Below, piece after piece: positions 15,593-24,165 of a DNA stretch of 64,000 nt (positions are counted from its first letter, which is position 1; each line of letters starts with the position of its first letter). The notes below the pieces were generated by a model. The model ran no database searches, was not told where the DNA came from, and was given only the letters and a program-made list of their open reading frames with translations. The translations under genes and the position numbers were made by a program. Origin of the DNA: Verrucomicrobiota bacterium (GTDB lineage Bacteria > Verrucomicrobiota > Verrucomicrobiia > Chthoniobacterales > UBA10450); NCBI GenBank assembly GCA_003220155.1, contig QHRO01000239.1, positions 22 to 64,021 of the forward strand, written 5' to 3'.

Positions 15593-16279
15593 ATGAACAC
15601 CCGCATTATTTCAGCACTTATCGCTCTTGTCGCGATTGCCTTTATCGCTTCCATCGCCTCCGCACAAACGCCAGCTCCACAGCCGAGCGCTCCCCCAACC
15701 ACCGTTACCAGCCCGGTCGTTTCTGCCCCCGCTACGACCACGGCTTCACCGAACGAAGCCGAGATGATGAAGCAAATGATGGAGCTGGCCAAGCTCAACG
15801 AAAATCATAAGCTTCTCGCTGACCTTGCCGGTTCCTGGAGCACTTCAGTAAAAATGATGGAACCCGGCAAGGAACCTTCCGTTTCCAAGGGTAACGTCAC
15901 TTTCAAGTCCATCATGAATGGCCGCTATATCATCGGCGATCATTCCGGAAGCATGAAAATGCCCGGGGCTGATGGCAAAATGAAAGACTTCGCCTTTAAG
16001 GGGATGTCGATCGACGGCTACGACAACGTGAAACAGAAATTCATTTCATCGTGGATGGATAACCTGGGCACTGGGATCATGACCATGGAAGGGACGTACG
16101 ACCCCGCGACAAAAACATTTACCTATACCGGCGAGACGGAGATGATGCCGGGGATGAAGACTCCGGTTCGCGCCGTAGTCAAGATCACGGACAAGAACCA
16201 TCACACCTTTGAATGGTACGAGAACCGTGGTGGCCAGGAAACGAAGACGTTGGAGATCAGCTACACTCGCAAAAAGTAG
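15593..16279 (+). CDS. DUF1579-family secreted protein
   Basis: Signal peptide MNTRIISALIALVAIAFIASIASAQ. GMSIDGYDNVKQKFISSWMDNLGTGIMTMEGTYD...HTFEWY. Confidence 0.7.
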   Translation: MNTRIISALIALVAIAFIASIASAQTPAPQPSAPPTTVTSPVVSAPATTTASPNEAEMMKQMMELAKLNENHKLLADLAGSWSTSVKMMEPGKEPSVSKGNVTFKSIMNGRYIIGDHSGSMKMPGADGKMKDFAFKGMSIDGYDNVKQKFISSWMDNLGTGIMTMEGTYDPATKTFTYTGETEMMPGMKTPVRAVVKITDKNHHTFEWYENRGGQETKTLEISYTRKK

Positions 16280-16331
16280 CGGTATAGTTGTTATTGTTCT
16301 CTGACTTCTATCCTCTGATTCAGCCACCGAT

Positions 16332-17282
16332 ATGACCCGTCGAAAATTTCTGGATACGACTCTGGCAGGCGGAGCTACGCTGATTGCAGGAGGGTCGACC
16401 ATGATCTTTGCGGCGAATTCGCCAGCGGTAACTGAGCCAGGCACCAGTTCCGTTTTCCGATTGGGGGGCGATCTTCCGGTCAACCGCCTCGGCTTTGGCG
16501 CGATGCGCATCACCGGAGAGGGCATTTGGGGGTGGCCGGCTGACCGCGGCAACACCCTCAAAGTTCTGCGACGTGTCGTCGAGCTAGGCGTCAATCTAAT
16601 CGACACGGCTGACGCCTACGGACCGGAAACAAGCGAACTGCTGATTGCAGAAGCTCTGCATCCTTATCCAAAAGACCTGGTGATTGCGACCAAAGGCGGC
16701 CTAACGAGACCTGGACCTGGACAATGGGTGCCGAACGGCCGCCCGGAATACCTCACCCAATGTGTGGAGAAGAGTCTAAAACGACTCCGACTCGAGCGAA
16801 TCGATTTGTATCAACTGCATCGCATCGATCCGAAAGTGCCGATGGAAGAATCGCTCGGAGCACTCAAGAAGATGCAGGAGGCTGGAAAGATTCGGCATAT
16901 CGGATTATCTGAAGTTTCGCCGGCAGAAATCGATCGAGCGCGCAAGGTCCTGCCAATTGTGAGCGTGCAGAACCAGTATAACATTGGCAACCGTAGGTGG
17001 GAAAAAACTTTGACCTATTGCGAGAAGGAAAGGTTGGGTTTTATGCCGTGGTCACCGATTGGCGGAAACAGGGGCTTGAAGGACAACGCGCTGGAAGCGG
17101 CGGCCAAGGATTATCACGCCAGCGTTGTGCAACTCGCTCTCGCCTGGCTTCTGCACCGGTCTCCCGTGATATTGCCGATCCCCGGCACGTCTTCCGTCGC
17201 GCATCTGGAAGAGAACATGGCTGCCGCCAAGCTGCAGTTAACGGCCGAGGAGTGGAAACGCGTTGATACCCTAGCGAGTTAG
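16332..17282 (+). CDS. Aldo/keto reductase with Tat-type signal
   Basis: MTRRKFLDTTLAGGA leader, then GFGAMRITG...NLIDTADAYG...IDLYQLHRID...IGLSEV. Confidence 0.9.
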   Translation: MTRRKFLDTTLAGGATLIAGGSTMIFAANSPAVTEPGTSSVFRLGGDLPVNRLGFGAMRITGEGIWGWPADRGNTLKVLRRVVELGVNLIDTADAYGPETSELLIAEALHPYPKDLVIATKGGLTRPGPGQWVPNGRPEYLTQCVEKSLKRLRLERIDLYQLHRIDPKVPMEESLGALKKMQEAGKIRHIGLSEVSPAEIDRARKVLPIVSVQNQYNIGNRRWEKTLTYCEKERLGFMPWSPIGGNRGLKDNALEAAAKDYHASVVQLALAWLLHRSPVILPIPGTSSVAHLEENMAAAKLQLTAEEWKRVDTLAS

Positions 17283-17404
17283 CAATTGTAAAGAGATCAC
17301 CAGCGATAATCTTCGGTAGGACGGTTGCCGCGGATGCGAAGCGTCTACAGAATTGCGCCCGCGCAGGAAATTGCTATCCATTATTGAACCAACTCGAAAA
17401 AATT

Positions 17405-17917
17405 ATGAAAAAGATCGCATTAATACTAACTTTGCCTCTGGCCCTTTCGCTGGTCGCGGTGGCCGCACAGAAAAAGGACGCATCCAAGAAGTCAACTGAA
17501 TCGGCCACGAGTGAACAACATGTCGTTCTCAATCCTGCAGACTTAAAATGGGGGGATGCGCCTCCCGGATTACCAGCCGGAGCGAAACTGGCGGTGCTCG
17601 CTGGCGATCCAAACAAGAAGGGACTATTCACGGTGCGGCTGCAAACGCCGGCTGGTTACAAGGTTCCGCCACATACGCACCCAACCGCTGAGCATATCAC
17701 GGTGATTTCCGGCACGTTTAACATCGGCACGGGAGATAAGTTCGATGAAGCAGCCGGGAAAGAGTTGGGCGCTGGCGGCTATCTGGTCATGCCGGCCGGG
17801 ATGAAGCACTATGCTTGGACGCCGGCGGAAACAATTATCCAAGTCCACGGCATGGGTCCGTTTGTGATCAAGTATGTGAATCCGGCAGACGATCCGCGTA
17901 ACGCGAAGAAGGAGTGA
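17405..17917 (+). CDS. Secreted cupin-domain protein
   Basis: Signal peptide MKKIALILTLPLALSLVAVAAQ. PPHTHPTAEHITVISGTF...MPAGMKHYAW. Confidence 0.6.
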   Translation: MKKIALILTLPLALSLVAVAAQKKDASKKSTESATSEQHVVLNPADLKWGDAPPGLPAGAKLAVLAGDPNKKGLFTVRLQTPAGYKVPPHTHPTAEHITVISGTFNIGTGDKFDEAAGKELGAGGYLVMPAGMKHYAWTPAETIIQVHGMGPFVIKYVNPADDPRNAKKE

Positions 17918-18267
17918 ACTAACAGCGCGATTAGTGTTGCCGGGGGGCAATTCCACCGCGTTAGACTTTTGAGCGCGGTGCTCGCATTGAAGCAACGCCG
18001 AGAAAAACGCAGCCCACCCCCGCGCAAGAGAAGGCCACTTCACCCGCGCCGATGGCATCGCCAACTCCGGCTAACGATTCTTTGGACTCATTAATGCATC
18101 CGCCGTCCTCGTTAAAACTAAACCCGTCCGCTGACACGTCCCCGCCGCACTCAAGCCCTTCGCCGACCGCGACGCCAGAGATATCGCTGCAACTGGCACC
18201 AGCTCCGTCGCCGGCTCCATCTCCACAGTAACAGAGGTCGAAGATCGCAGGTCAGTTCAACTCGCCT

Positions 18268-19067
18268 TTGACGCTCGTGTGCCAAGGTAGTTGCGTGAAA
18301 GACGAGCACGCTAGATTTTCCGGCTCCATCCCGGCAGCATACGATCGCTACCTGGTGGCGCGCTTACCGATAAAGACGACTACTTCCGTTCTGGAATTGG
18401 CCTGCCGGACCGGGATTTTAACACGCGTGTTGCACACTTACCTGCCATCGAAGGTGAAACTAATCGCGACGGATTTAAACGATCCCATGTTCCGCCAGGC
18501 CGCGGCCAAGTTTGGAAAAGGCCGAGAGGGCACGATGGTTGGAAGCCGACGCGTGTGATCTGCCTTTCCATGATCGGAAGTTCGACGCGGTTGTATGTCA
18601 GTTCGGAATTATGTTTGTGCCGGACAAGGCTCTGGCTGCGCGCGAAGCTTATCGTGTCCTAAAGCGTGATGGCGTTTTTCTCTTTAACCTGTGGGACGCA
18701 CTGAAGCACAACAAATTAGGAGAGCTCGCACATCGAACTATCACAAGCTACTTCAAGAAGGATCCCCCAACATTCTACCAGGTTCCTTTAGTTACCATAA
18801 TCGAACTGAAATCCGGCGAGTATTAAAGCAGGCTGGGTTTTGGAGATTAAAACCGAATTTATCGCCAAGATCGGCAAGGCGACGCGGGCGAAAGATGTCC
18901 CGAGAGGCTTAGTAGAGGGGAACCCTGTGGCGGTGGCGATTGCGAGGCGGGACCCTTCATTGCTTCCCGCAATTACCAACGCGATGGCCGCTGCAATTTC
19001 GCGTCGCTTTGGAAAACAAAACATTCGCGCACCGATGCGGGCAATTGTGGTCCGGGCCTGCGTTTAA
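18268..19067 (+). pseudogene. Class I SAM-dependent methyltransferase, several frameshifts
   Basis: VLELACRTGILTRVL (motif I) in one frame, DLPFHDRKFDAVVCQFGIMFVPDK...LKRDGVFLFNLWD in a second, SYHNRTEIRRVLKQAGFW in a third, and a fourth frame carries RGLVEGNPVAVAI...MRAIVVRA. Confidence 0.65.
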
Positions 19068-19099
19068 GAATCTCCAACCCAGTACACTATAAAAGGACG

Positions 19100-19192
19100 A
19101 CATTTGCAGCCCTTTTGGCATTTACCGCCATCCTTCGCGCAGCAAATAACACTACTGGCAACGCTCTGATAGAAGTCTATGCGCTGAATTAA
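19100..19192 (+). pseudogene. Orphan C-terminal fragment of the SGNH-hydrolase repeat domain
   Basis: FTAILRAANNTTGNALIEVYALN-stop parallels YTVIVCGNNGTTGVALVEAYRLHE at the end of the 10533-12281 gene. Confidence 0.35.
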
Positions 19193-19212
19193 TCGCGGCG
19201 TGTTTGACTAGC

Positions 19213-19283
19213 TAGAGATTCTTCGACTGCGCTCGGAAGGACAGGAAAAGAGATACCAGACCGCGGTCGGCGACCGCAGCTAC
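19213..19283. repeat. Solo MITE arm plus a GTAG-headed REP
   Basis: AGAGATTCTTCGACTGCGCTCGGAAGGACAG, then CCGCGGTC GGC GACCGCAG CTAC. Confidence 0.6.
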
Positions 19284-19300
19284 AGCTGCACCCAGCCCGG

Positions 19301-21100
19301 CTATTTCAGCACCGCTTCAATCGCGGAAGGATCATCGAGCAGTATCCACTCGATAATGGAAACTGGCAGACTGCCGTTCTTAACCAAATCATCGTGGAAT
19401 TGCCCGAGACGAAAATTCGCGCCCATTTTGTCATAGTATTTGCCGAGCAGATTCATGATCTGCCATTTGCCGGTGATGTACCAGATTTTCTGTGTTGGCT
19501 GCGTTGCGGCGCCCGCCGCCTCGCCCTCCGCCGCTTCACGATCAAGCCCGCCCGCCTCCATAAAATAGTTCACCGCCTGTTCGAACGTCCATTTGCCGGT
19601 GTGCAAATTGACGTCCACGCCAATACGCGCGGCCCGATAACGCGACAGCCGCAAAATTTGTCCCTGCGCGGCCGAGCCTTCGGGATATAGCCCGGTGCGC
19701 ATCAGCATTTCTTCACCGTAGAGGGCCCAGCCTTCGACAAAGACGCCGTTCTGATTTTGCCTCCGAATCTCATTGGGTAAATGATTCGCGATCGAGAGTT
19801 GCATAAAGTGACCGGGGATTCCTTCGTGCCCAAGAATCGGCCGCGGATCTTCGATCGCGGCACGCAAGTAAAAATTCTTCGACTTCGGATTGTAGGTGGG
19901 AATAAAAAAGAACCCGACCGGGTCCTTATCGTAAACCCCAGGTGGATTCATGAAGCCGCCCGGGCTCGTCGGCTTGAACGCTTCTGGCAACTGCCGAATC
20001 TCAAACTTCCCGAGGTAATCCGGCAAAGTGATAAGTTGATGCGATTTCAAAAAATCGATCATCTCGGCCTCGCGGCTTTCATACGCCTTCAGGAATGCCT
20101 CTTGATCGGGCGGAACACTTTTCGCGCGCTCCGGATTGGGATCGGCCATGGATGGATCAGGAAGTAGCGCTTCGAGCGCGCGATAACGCGCCAGTTCTGC
20201 GCGACCTAGCATCTCTACTTGAACCGCGTTCAGTGGTAGCAGCAAGACGTGCTTAAGGTAGTAGTTGTAGTTGGCCTCGCCCATCGGGGCGAAGTCCACC
20301 ATCCGCGGCAATTTCTTTTCCAATCTATCGGCAAAGCCATGGATGGCCGCGAGCGCGCCGTCGCGCGACTTCTCAAAATCCGCGCGTTCCGCCTCGGATA
20401 AATCTTTGGCCAACGGCGCTGTGCTTTCCTTAAACAGCGGATCGATATTACGCGCCGACTGAATCGCGAGTTGGGCATAGAGCCTTACTGGTTTCTGCAA
20501 ATTCTTCTCTGCTTCCGCGAACAGTCCTGGCATGGCTTTGAATCGCGCCGCCGCCGAAAGCGCGCGATTCCGTGGCGTGTCGTATTCCTTCTTCAGCAGG
20601 GAAAAGATGGCGCTACTACATTCGTTGACATACGTGAGCGGATTCGTCTGCTCGAGCTTCAGAACACGTTCCCCAAAATCGACTTCTTCGAGCTGCGCAC
20701 GAAAAAGCAGCCAATCGATCCGATCATCTTTCGTCCACTTCTCGATCTTCGTCGCCCGCACTTGATCGAGCAACTTGCGCACGTGCTGGGCGCGCTCGGC
20801 GATCTTGGCGGCAGAATAATCTGTCAGGCGATTGTCCCAGGTATGCAGACCCGCTTCGCTGCTGGCAACAGGATAATTTTCGTTCCGCCAGTTGTAATAG
20901 TCGTCGGCGAGTTTGTGCAACGCGGCGGAGTCCGCGGCGGGTGCTTTGCTTTCGCCAGTAATGGGTGGCGCGGTTTTTGTAATCAAAGCCTTATTGGAGA
21001 CATCGGGCCTCACTTCACGCGGGGAACGCGCTTGGGCGAAGCAAAATTGCACCGCAGCGACGAAGCAGACAAAGAGTAAAAAACGTAGAGTCGTTTTCAC
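19301..21100 (-). CDS. DUF885-family secreted protein
   Basis: Signal peptide, EANYNYYLKHVLLLP, HEGIPGHFMQLS. Confidence 0.75.
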   Translation of the reverse strand: MKTTLRFLLFVCFVAAVQFCFAQARSPREVRPDVSNKALITKTAPPITGESKAPAADSAALHKLADDYYNWRNENYPVASSEAGLHTWDNRLTDYSAAKIAERAQHVRKLLDQVRATKIEKWTKDDRIDWLLFRAQLEEVDFGERVLKLEQTNPLTYVNECSSAIFSLLKKEYDTPRNRALSAAARFKAMPGLFAEAEKNLQKPVRLYAQLAIQSARNIDPLFKESTAPLAKDLSEAERADFEKSRDGALAAIHGFADRLEKKLPRMVDFAPMGEANYNYYLKHVLLLPLNAVQVEMLGRAELARYRALEALLPDPSMADPNPERAKSVPPDQEAFLKAYESREAEMIDFLKSHQLITLPDYLGKFEIRQLPEAFKPTSPGGFMNPPGVYDKDPVGFFFIPTYNPKSKNFYLRAAIEDPRPILGHEGIPGHFMQLSIANHLPNEIRRQNQNGVFVEGWALYGEEMLMRTGLYPEGSAAQGQILRLSRYRAARIGVDVNLHTGKWTFEQAVNYFMEAGGLDREAAEGEAAGAATQPTQKIWYITGKWQIMNLLGKYYDKMGANFRLGQFHDDLVKNGSLPVSIIEWILLDDPSAIEAVLK

Positions 21101-21147
21101 AGCCGGATGCTACCCCACTCGGTGAATGGTGACAGTATCTTTTCTGT

Positions 21148-21263
21148 TTCTGGGGAGCGCAGGTTGCTAGCCTGCTGCGGCCGTTAGCTTTCCGGCCGAA
21201 ATGTTCAGAATGTTTTCGGCAAGCTGCCGAAAACGGCAGGCTGGCAGCCTGCGCTCCCCAGAA
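21148..21263. repeat. 116-nt compound palindrome abutting the mpa stop codon
   Basis: TTCTGGGGAGCGCAGGTTGCTAGCCTGC ... GCAGGCTGGCAGCCTGCGCTCCCCAGAA. The inner hairpin is TTTTCGGCA AGC TGCCGAAAA. Confidence 0.8.
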
Positions 21264-21264
21264 C

Positions 21265-23022
21265 TCAGATCACACCGCCAAGATTCGCGCCGCGCTGAGC
21301 GGCATTCGGGCGCACCGGCGCAATTTTCACGACGTACTCCGGGTCGTAATCGATCAGCTTCAGCCAATCTTCCGTGATGTCCGTCGGCGGGAAAATATCA
21401 TTTTCCGCGTATTCGGCGTGAAAAGACATTTGCAAATCCTGTTCGGTGATGCCTTCGCCAACTCCGGGCGAAACATCCAAGGGCGTTTCCCTTAAGGTTT
21501 CATCGCGGGATCCCTCGACTTCGCTTGCGCTCCGCTCGGGATGACGGGCAGTTTGATTCGCGATAGCGCGCTTGATCGCCATCCCTTTTGCCCGCTCAAC
21601 CACCGACGCGATGATGGCGCCGCTAATCAGGTTGCCGCGATACAAAACTTCTTTGCGCCCGCTCCGCAATGTCACTTCCAGGAATTTGTTCTCGTCGCGT
21701 TTGGCAAATTGCCAATCCACCAACCGTTCGATCAGCTTTTCAATCGCCGCCCCAATATTGTCAGCTTCTTTGGCCAGCGCGCCGTCGTACGGTAAATCGT
21801 TAGTTAAGTAAATCCGGTAGATTTCCCGCGCCCCTTCCTTGTTCGGACGGTCGACTTTGATTTTCCGGTCGATGCGGCCAGGGCGAAGAATCGCTGGATC
21901 GATTAAGTCGGCGCGGTTCGAAGCCAGAATAATGACGACGTCGTTTAGTGAATCGATCCCGTCCATCTCCGAGCAGAACATTGGTACCAAAGTCGAGAGG
22001 ATGTTGGAGTAACGCGAGGCGCGCCGCGTCCCGAGAATACTTTCCGCTTCGTCGATAAACAGGAATGGCATGAACCCTTCCCGGCGCTTCTCCCGTGCGG
22101 TCGCGAAAATTTCGCGCACCATCCGCTCCGATTCGCCTACCCACATGTTCAAAATCTCCGGGCCCTTCACGTGCATGAAGTATTCGCGGACGTCTTTTTC
22201 GGCTGCTTTCTCGCGCAACTGCCGAGTCAAATTGTAAGCGGTCGCCTTTCCGATCAGCGTCTTGCCGCACCCGGGTGGCCCGTAAAGCAGAAATCCTTTC
22301 GGAGTCGCATGGTGAAATTTTTCGAACAAATGCGGATGCAAGAGCGGCAGCTCGATCGCATCCTTGATCGCTTCAATGGCTCGCTCCTGTCCGCCGACCT
22401 TCGACCAGGGCAGTTCCGGCACGTTATCGAGATAATGCTCGTGCGAGCCGGGTGCCGACATCATTTCCAGCGCCATGCGATAATTGGAATCCACCCGCAC
22501 TTCGTCGCCTTGTTTCAGCGCCGTTTTCGCCAGCTGCGCGGAACGTTGCAGAACTAACGATTGCGTTCCGTGTTCATTGCCGACGCGTAGTCGATCGGTT
22601 CCGATCACTTCGGTAATTTTCGTGACCGGCCCGGCCGGTTCGAAGCCGAGATCGCCCACGATGACGAATGCTTCATTCACCAGCACGCGGGTCCCCTTTT
22701 TCAACTTCGCCATCGGAATTCGTGGATCGACATTGCAGTAATAATCCGCCCCGCCCACGACAATGTGTGCCGTCTCCTTGCCGACGTTGCCGAGAAAAGT
22801 GCCGATGCGATTGGCCGGCGAGGTCACCTTTTTGATGACTTCCTCAAGTTTCTCGATCGTTTGGCGTGCTTCGATAAAGACTTCTTCGCGCTGGCAAATT
22901 TCCATGCGCAGGTCGAGCAGCTCGCGACGCACGGCGTCGCCGGGCGGGAGTGTCGCGATTAAAAGATCGATGCGATCGAGCAAATCGAATTCCCTTTCTC
23001 CCTCGTGGCGCTCGTCGCTCAT
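21265..23022 (-). CDS. mpa: Proteasome-associated AAA ATPase Mpa/ARC homologue
   Basis: N-terminal coiled coil, OB-like VGGADYYCNVDP...VLVNEAFVIVG, Walker A GPPGCGKT, Walker B LFIDEAE. The C-terminal region DITEDWLKLIDYDPEYVVKIAPV resembles Mpa but ends NLGGVI. Confidence 0.88.
   Translation of the reverse strand: MSDERHEGEREFDLLDRIDLLIATLPPGDAVRRELLDLRMEICQREEVFIEARQTIEKLEEVIKKVTSPANRIGTFLGNVGKETAHIVVGGADYYCNVDPRIPMAKLKKGTRVLVNEAFVIVGDLGFEPAGPVTKITEVIGTDRLRVGNEHGTQSLVLQRSAQLAKTALKQGDEVRVDSNYRMALEMMSAPGSHEHYLDNVPELPWSKVGGQERAIEAIKDAIELPLLHPHLFEKFHHATPKGFLLYGPPGCGKTLIGKATAYNLTRQLREKAAEKDVREYFMHVKGPEILNMWVGESERMVREIFATAREKRREGFMPFLFIDEAESILGTRRASRYSNILSTLVPMFCSEMDGIDSLNDVVIILASNRADLIDPAILRPGRIDRKIKVDRPNKEGAREIYRIYLTNDLPYDGALAKEADNIGAAIEKLIERLVDWQFAKRDENKFLEVTLRSGRKEVLYRGNLISGAIIASVVERAKGMAIKRAIANQTARHPERSASEVEGSRDETLRETPLDVSPGVGEGITEQDLQMSFHAEYAENDIFPPTDITEDWLKLIDYDPEYVVKIAPVRPNAAQRGANLGGVI
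21447..21545 (-). mobile_element. 99-nt MITE-like repeat inserted in frame inside mpa
   Basis: In the gene sense: GTCATCCCGAGCGGAGCGCAAGCGAAGTCGAGGGATCCCGCGATGAAACCTTAAGG...GGCATCAC. It matches the intergenic copy at 31582-31665 (GTCATCCCGAGCGAAGCCGAAGGATCCCGCAGAAGTTACCTTAAAG...GGGATGAC). It encodes HPERSASEVEGSRDETLRETPLDVSPGVGEGIT. Confidence 0.7.
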
Positions 23023-23096
23023 CCGTTTTTCACCCGATTAGACTATACGATGCGCGAGATTGTTCGACAATCCCCGCAGTCGCCTCCTTTTGAAGC

Positions 23097-23462
23097 ATGA
23101 AACGGCCCACGACTATTCAACAGCAGGAATCGTTCACCGTTGCGGAGTCAACTTGCCCGATGCAACCGAACATGGACTTTCCATCGGTGCGGCAAACAGG
23201 CTTGGAGCCTGTTTTCGAAATTTGCGGCACGCCGAAAGCCCGTTGGGCGCACAGGATTAAGGCCTGTGTTCTTCCGCCGACCGCCATCGACGCGTTTTTA
23301 GAGCAGCGCTACGACGTTCACGCTTACCGAACATCAGGAAGTGGTTCTGACCTAAAGGGTAGCATAGACGCGCGTTTCGCGGTGGCTGCGTTGACAAAAT
23401 CCGAGCTGAATGCTATCGGTCACGCAACTTTACTCGCGTCCCTTGACGGTAAAGTAGGATAA
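23097..23462 (+). CDS. Hypothetical protein (weak call)
   Basis: 121-aa ORF in an otherwise empty 460-nt gap. No family recognised and no clear ribosome-binding site. Confidence 0.2.
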   Translation: MKRPTTIQQQESFTVAESTCPMQPNMDFPSVRQTGLEPVFEICGTPKARWAHRIKACVLPPTAIDAFLEQRYDVHAYRTSGSGSDLKGSIDARFAVAALTKSELNAIGHATLLASLDGKVG

Positions 23463-23481
23463 AGTTCAATAGTCTGTTATT

Positions 23482-24087
23482 ATGTTACTGAACAGTCAGG
23501 TCCTGGTGCTCAACCGTCTCTGGCAGGCGGTGAACATCTGCTCGGCGCGCCGGGCTTTTGCCCTGGTCTATGCCGGGCACGCCCAGGTCGTGGCCACTGA
23601 TGGCGCAAATAATTTCCTGACTCACGACTTCGATAGCTGGCGCGATTTTTCCGCGCAATCACCAGAGCCGAAAATGGTGACGACGATTTCGTGGAAGATC
23701 CGCGTCCCACGCGTAATTGTGCTGCTACTGTTCGATCGGTTGCCTAAAAAGGAAGTGAAGTTCACCCGGCACAACGTTTTCGAACGGGACAAGAATACCT
23801 GCCAGTATTGCGGACATGTTTTTGAACGGAGCGAGCTCAATCTGGATCACGTCCTGCCGCGAGACCGCGGCGGGCTAACGACATGGGAGAACGTGGTTTG
23901 CTCTTGCATCGAGTGTAACACCCGCAAGGGCAACCGGCTCCCGCATGAAGCGCACATGACGCTGATTCGCAAGCCAAAGCGACCGAAATGGCGACCATTC
24001 GTGCAGGTGACCTTTACGACACAACAGCACGAAAGCTGGCGGCATTTCGTCGATCTGGCGTACTGGAACGTTGAGTTGAGCGATTGA
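23482..24087 (+). CDS. HNH endonuclease family protein
   Basis: CQYCGHVFERSELNLDHVLPRDRGGLTTWENVVCSCIECNTRKGNR. Confidence 0.8.
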   Translation: MLLNSQVLVLNRLWQAVNICSARRAFALVYAGHAQVVATDGANNFLTHDFDSWRDFSAQSPEPKMVTTISWKIRVPRVIVLLLFDRLPKKEVKFTRHNVFERDKNTCQYCGHVFERSELNLDHVLPRDRGGLTTWENVVCSCIECNTRKGNRLPHEAHMTLIRKPKRPKWRPFVQVTFTTQQHESWRHFVDLAYWNVELSD

Positions 24088-24090
24088 GTT

Positions 24091-24150
24091 GTAGGGGCGC
24101 TCTATGAGCGCCGAAGCTTAGCCGAATCGGCGGTCATAGACCGCGGCTAC
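24091..24150. repeat. REPIN-like doublet, same family as 8976-9035
   Basis: GTAG GGGCGCTC TAT GAGCGCCG, a spacer, then CGGCGGTC ATA GACCGCGG CTAC. Confidence 0.8.
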
Positions 24151-24165
24151 AGATGCACGATTTGC

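Noticed and set aside
18052-18231. 59-codon Pro/Ser/Ala-rich ORF between the cupin gene and the methyltransferase pseudogene.
   Set aside because: It is low-complexity with no recognisable family or translation signals. It may be debris of a decayed gene.
23060-23470. Possible RNase P RNA or other structured RNA, because the minus strand contains GGAAAGTCC and the gap is about 400 nt.
   Set aside because: I could not find the other universally conserved RNase P elements (the 3' strand of P4 ACAGAACCCGGCUUA and the GGUAA/AGGGUG blocks). I also saw no tmRNA or SRP signatures. A 9-nt match alone is not evidence.
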